Below, piece after piece: positions 60,340 to 64,000 of a stretch of 64,000 nucleotides of DNA. The stretch's first letter is position 1; the number at the start of each line of letters is the position of its first letter. A model generated the notes under the pieces. The model searched no databases. It was not told the DNA's origin and saw only the letters and a list, made by a program, of their open reading frames with translations. The stretch comes from Isurus oxyrinchus. Taxonomy: Eukaryota. A program made the translations under genes and the position numbers. Location: the NCBI GenBank assembly GCA_026770705.1, contig JANJGN010000018.1:40610001-40674000 (forward strand), written 5' to 3'.

Positions 60340-62530
60340 TTATTCATAACTACATTCCAACTTTTGTGACTCGTAGACTAGGACACCCAGATCCCTCTGC
60401 ACCACAGAGCTCTGCAATTTCTCTCTATTTAAATAATAGATTGCTTTTCTATTCTTCCTCCCAAAGTGGACAAGTTCACATTTTCCCACATTATACCCAT
60501 ATGCCAAATTTTTGCCTACTCATTTGACCTATCTACATCCCTTTACAGAATCCTTATGTCCTCTTCACAACCTACTCTCCTGCCTATCTTTGTGTCATCA
60601 GCATATTTAGCAACAATACATTCTGCCCCTTAACCCAAGTCATTGATTATAGATTATAAATAGTTGAGGCCCCAGCATTGATCCTTGTGGTACTCCACTA
60701 GTTATAGCTTGCCAACTGAAAATAACCCATTTATCCCTACTCTCCACTTCTTGTTGTCTAACTAAAACTCTATTCATGCTAATATGTTACCTTCTACACC
60801 ATGAACTCTTATTTTTTGTAGTAACTTTTGATGTGGCACCTTATCAAATGTCTTTTGAAAATCCAAGTACATCACATCTGCAGATTCCCCTTTATTCATG
60901 TCGCTTGTTACTTCAAAGAACTCTAAAAAATTTGTTAAATACAATTTCCCTTTCATGAACCATGTTGAATCTGCCTTATTGCATTAATTTTTTTAAGTGC
61001 CCTGCTGCTACCTCAAGAAGAATAGATTGTAGCATTTTTCCCAAAACAGATGTCAGGCTAACTGGCCTGCAATTTCCTGCTTTCTGGCTCCCTCCTTTCT
61101 TGAATAGAGGAGTTACATCAGCTATTTTCCAATCAGATGGGATATTTCCAGAATCTAGAGAATTTTGGAAAATTACAACCAATGCATCTGCTATCTCAGT
61201 AGCCACTTCTTTTAAGACCTTAGGACACAGGCCATCAGGGTCCTGGGGACTTACCAGCTTTAGTTCTAATAGTTTTCTCAGCACGTTTTTCCCAGTGATT
61301 ACAATTGTTTTAAGTTCCTCTCTCCCTTTCACCTCTTGATTTACAAGTATTTCTGGGATGTTATTTCTGTATTCTACTGTGAGGACTGACACAAAACAGG
61401 TGTTCAATTCTTTCGTCATTTCCTTATTTCCCATTATTAATTCCCTAGATTCTCTCTCTAGAGGGAGGGCCAATACCCACTTTAGTTGCTCTCTTCCTTT
61501 GTAAATACTTGTAAAAACTCTTACTGTCTGTTTTTATGTTTCTAAATAGTTTTCTCTCATACTTTAATATCTCCCTCTTTATTTTTTTAGTCATCCTTTT
61601 CTGGTTTTTAAATTCTGTTCAACCTTCTGACTTACCACTAATCTTCACAGAATTGTGCATTTTTTCTTTCAAGTTGATACTATCTTGAACTTTTTTAGTT
61701 AGCCATGGATGGCACATCCTTCTTCAAGAGCCTTCCTTTCTCATTGGAACATATCATAGCTGAGTATTATGAAATATTTCCTTAATTGTTGGCCACCACA
61801 TCTCTACTGAGACCTACCCTTTAGCTTAGTTTTGCATTTCACTTTAGTCAGCTCTCTCTCATTCTCCTGTAATTGCCTCTATTTAAGTTTAAAACACTAG
61901 TCCTAAGCTCACTCTTCTCAAACTGAATGCGAAATTCAATCATGTTATGATAACTGCTACCTAAAGGCTCCTTAACTATGAAGTCAGAGAGATGGTGGCA
62001 TCATAGTAATGTCACTGTGCTAGTAATCAAGAGACCCAGGTTAATGCTCTGGGACAAGGGTTCAAATCCCACCATGGGAGCTGGTGGAATTTCAATTAAT
62101 AATTCTGGAATTGAAAAATAGTCTCTGTAGTGGTGACCATAAAAACATTATTGATGGTCACAAAAACCCATCTGGTTCACTAATCTACTACCCTTACCTG
62201 GTCTGCCCTATATGTGACTTCAGACCCACAGCACGGTGGTTGACTCTTAACTTCCCTCTGAATTGGCCTAGCAGGCCCCTCAGTTCAAGGGCAGTTAGGG
62301 AGGGGCAACAAATGCCAGCCTTGCCAGCAATGGCCACATCCCATGAAAACAAATTAATTCATCCTGTCTCATTCTACATTAGTAGGTCTAGAATCGCCTA
62401 CTCTCTGGTTGGCTCAAGAATGCGCTGCTCTAAGAAATTGTCCTGAAAACACAATGAACTCATCTTCCAGACTACCTTTGCACATCAGATTTATCCGATT
62501 TGTGTGTTGACTAAAACCACCCATGATTAT
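60340..62530 (-). mobile_element. CR1-clade LINE ORF2 remnant (interrupted by a SINE at ~61990-62350)
   Basis: PDGLCPKVLKEVA.EI...DWKIADVTPLFKKG...RPVSLTSV, YLDFQKTFDKVPHQKLL. Confidence 0.85.
61990..62350 (+). mobile_element. HE1-like tRNA-derived SINE (other copies ~48770-49010 +, ~63310-63375 +, 3' part ~30680-30850 -)
   Basis: ggtggc..agtaatgtcact..ctagtaatc.agagacccagg..aatgctctggg..ggttcaaatcccaccat (Pol III A/B-box-like) with CR1-like tail aagggcagttaggga.gggcaacaaatgc...ccacatcccatg. Confidence 0.7.
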
Positions 62531-64000
62531 TGCCAAGGATCCATGAAACATTTGGGTCAGAAAAAGATTGAAATGATGGCTCTTTGGGCGCCCCCCCTCT
62601 CCCCTCAACTCCACCGCTTCTTCACCACCACCCCCCCCACCTCAACTCCACAGCTTCTCCACCACCACCCCACCCCCACCCCACCACCCACCCTAAACTG
62701 AGAAATCCGATACTGACGAATGAACTTCCAATTTCAGAGGCATCGCTGTGTGGAGCGGGAAAAAAAAATGTAGTTTAGGTGGGAAAGTGAAATAAAGGAA
62801 AAGGTATCATCTCGGTGATCTGTAGGGCAGAAGAAGAGAGAAATAAAGTCAGAGAAAGAAAAAAAAACTTGCATTTATTTGGTGTTTTTTATGTGACATT
62901 CCAAAGTGCTTCCTGGCCAATTAATTTTACCAAAAGTTTAAAAGATGGCCTACCAATCCATGTCAGCATTTACCCATCAAATGAGGAAATAATCATCATG
63001 TTTACTCATTGTGTTTCCATTTACTTTCATCCACCTATTCAATCTAATCCCAATATAGGCCACCACTGACTCTTAAAAATGTCACTGTCTCAGAATTCTA
63101 TGTAAACAATTTTCTTCTGCCTTCTCTTCTAAATCTTTAACAATTAACTTTGCATCTAAGACCTCCAATTACGGTATCTAATTAATATTTGGCCAGTGAA
63201 CTATTGGCAGTCGACTTCATCATTAACTTCCAACTGACTTGTAATTGCACAAATTAAAAATCTAAGCTTAATTTTCAGTTCACTAAAAAGTGCAATTTCT
63301 ATACTACTTAGGTGGCATAGTGATAACGTCACTGGACTGGTAATCCAGAGTCCCAGGCTAATGCTCTGAGGTGTTACAACTGCAGCCAATGTTATTTGTT
63401 GAGCAAGCCAAATTCCAGGGGGAAACTTGTCTTACTGTTCATAACTATTTTTTTGTTTTTGAAAAACAAAGGGGAAACTATTAAACCCAGAAGCATAGAA
63501 TCCCAGTAACACTTTTTAGGATTTTAAAATTAGAAAATTTATTAACAAAATAATCTTAAAAACACAAGATTAAAATACACAGTTAAACGGTCTTACAAAA
63601 CATTACCCCCAAAAAACCCACTTGGTCAAAGAACACAAGGTACCTACTTGGAAACAGTTCCCTTATAGATTTTTTAACTCTAAAAATGCAGTAACCCAAA
63701 GCAAAAACTGCTGCTTTAATAAAGTATACCACATGACTTCTCAGTCTCTTCCACTCTGCTGTGGAACCAAAGGAAGTTCAGAAACAGACTGCTGTCAGAA
63801 AGCAAAGACTTCTTTGGCATGAAACTGGATGACTACTTCAAAGTCTCAACTTTTCTCAGCACAGAGCTGGTTTCAGGACAGCCCCCCACCACCGACACAC
63901 AGACAACACAACTCAACTAAACATCTTTTCTTAAATATCCTTTTCCACTTTGATCTTAGCCTCCATTGTTCAAAGCACCTCTTTGAATTCAATTTTCCCA

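Overview
Eukaryotic, repeat-rich intronic DNA, most likely from a cartilaginous fish (inferred from HE1-like and DeuSINE/SacSINE1-like SINEs and CR1/L2 remnants). The whole window lies inside one minus-strand gene, IGSF3 (EWI-family Ig protein). Five consecutive phase-1 V-set Ig exons (Ig2-Ig6) are present with GT-AG boundaries; the other exons lie outside the window. The most striking content is a young Neptune-type Penelope-like retroelement (PLE; RT + GIY-YIG) family. It includes a 6.8-kb head-to-head dimer of two full-length copies bounded by one 14-bp target-site duplication (TSD), one arm having an intact 918-codon ORF. There is also a 5'-truncated third copy and several short fold-back or solo pseudo-LTR (pLTR) insertions with 10-14 bp TSDs. 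Most pLTRs carry a minimal hammerhead ribozyme (non-canonical CUGUCGA core in young copies), and all five inverted insertions pair one long-tailed arm with one short arm. Also present: a non-autonomous LTR element apparently carrying a captured RAI14/UACA-like coiled-coil fragment, a 174-bp near-perfect inverted repeat, an unclassified ~315-bp direct repeat, and decayed CR1, L2, RTE, SINE and Harbinger elements. Family and gene assignments come from motif recognition by eye, not database searches.
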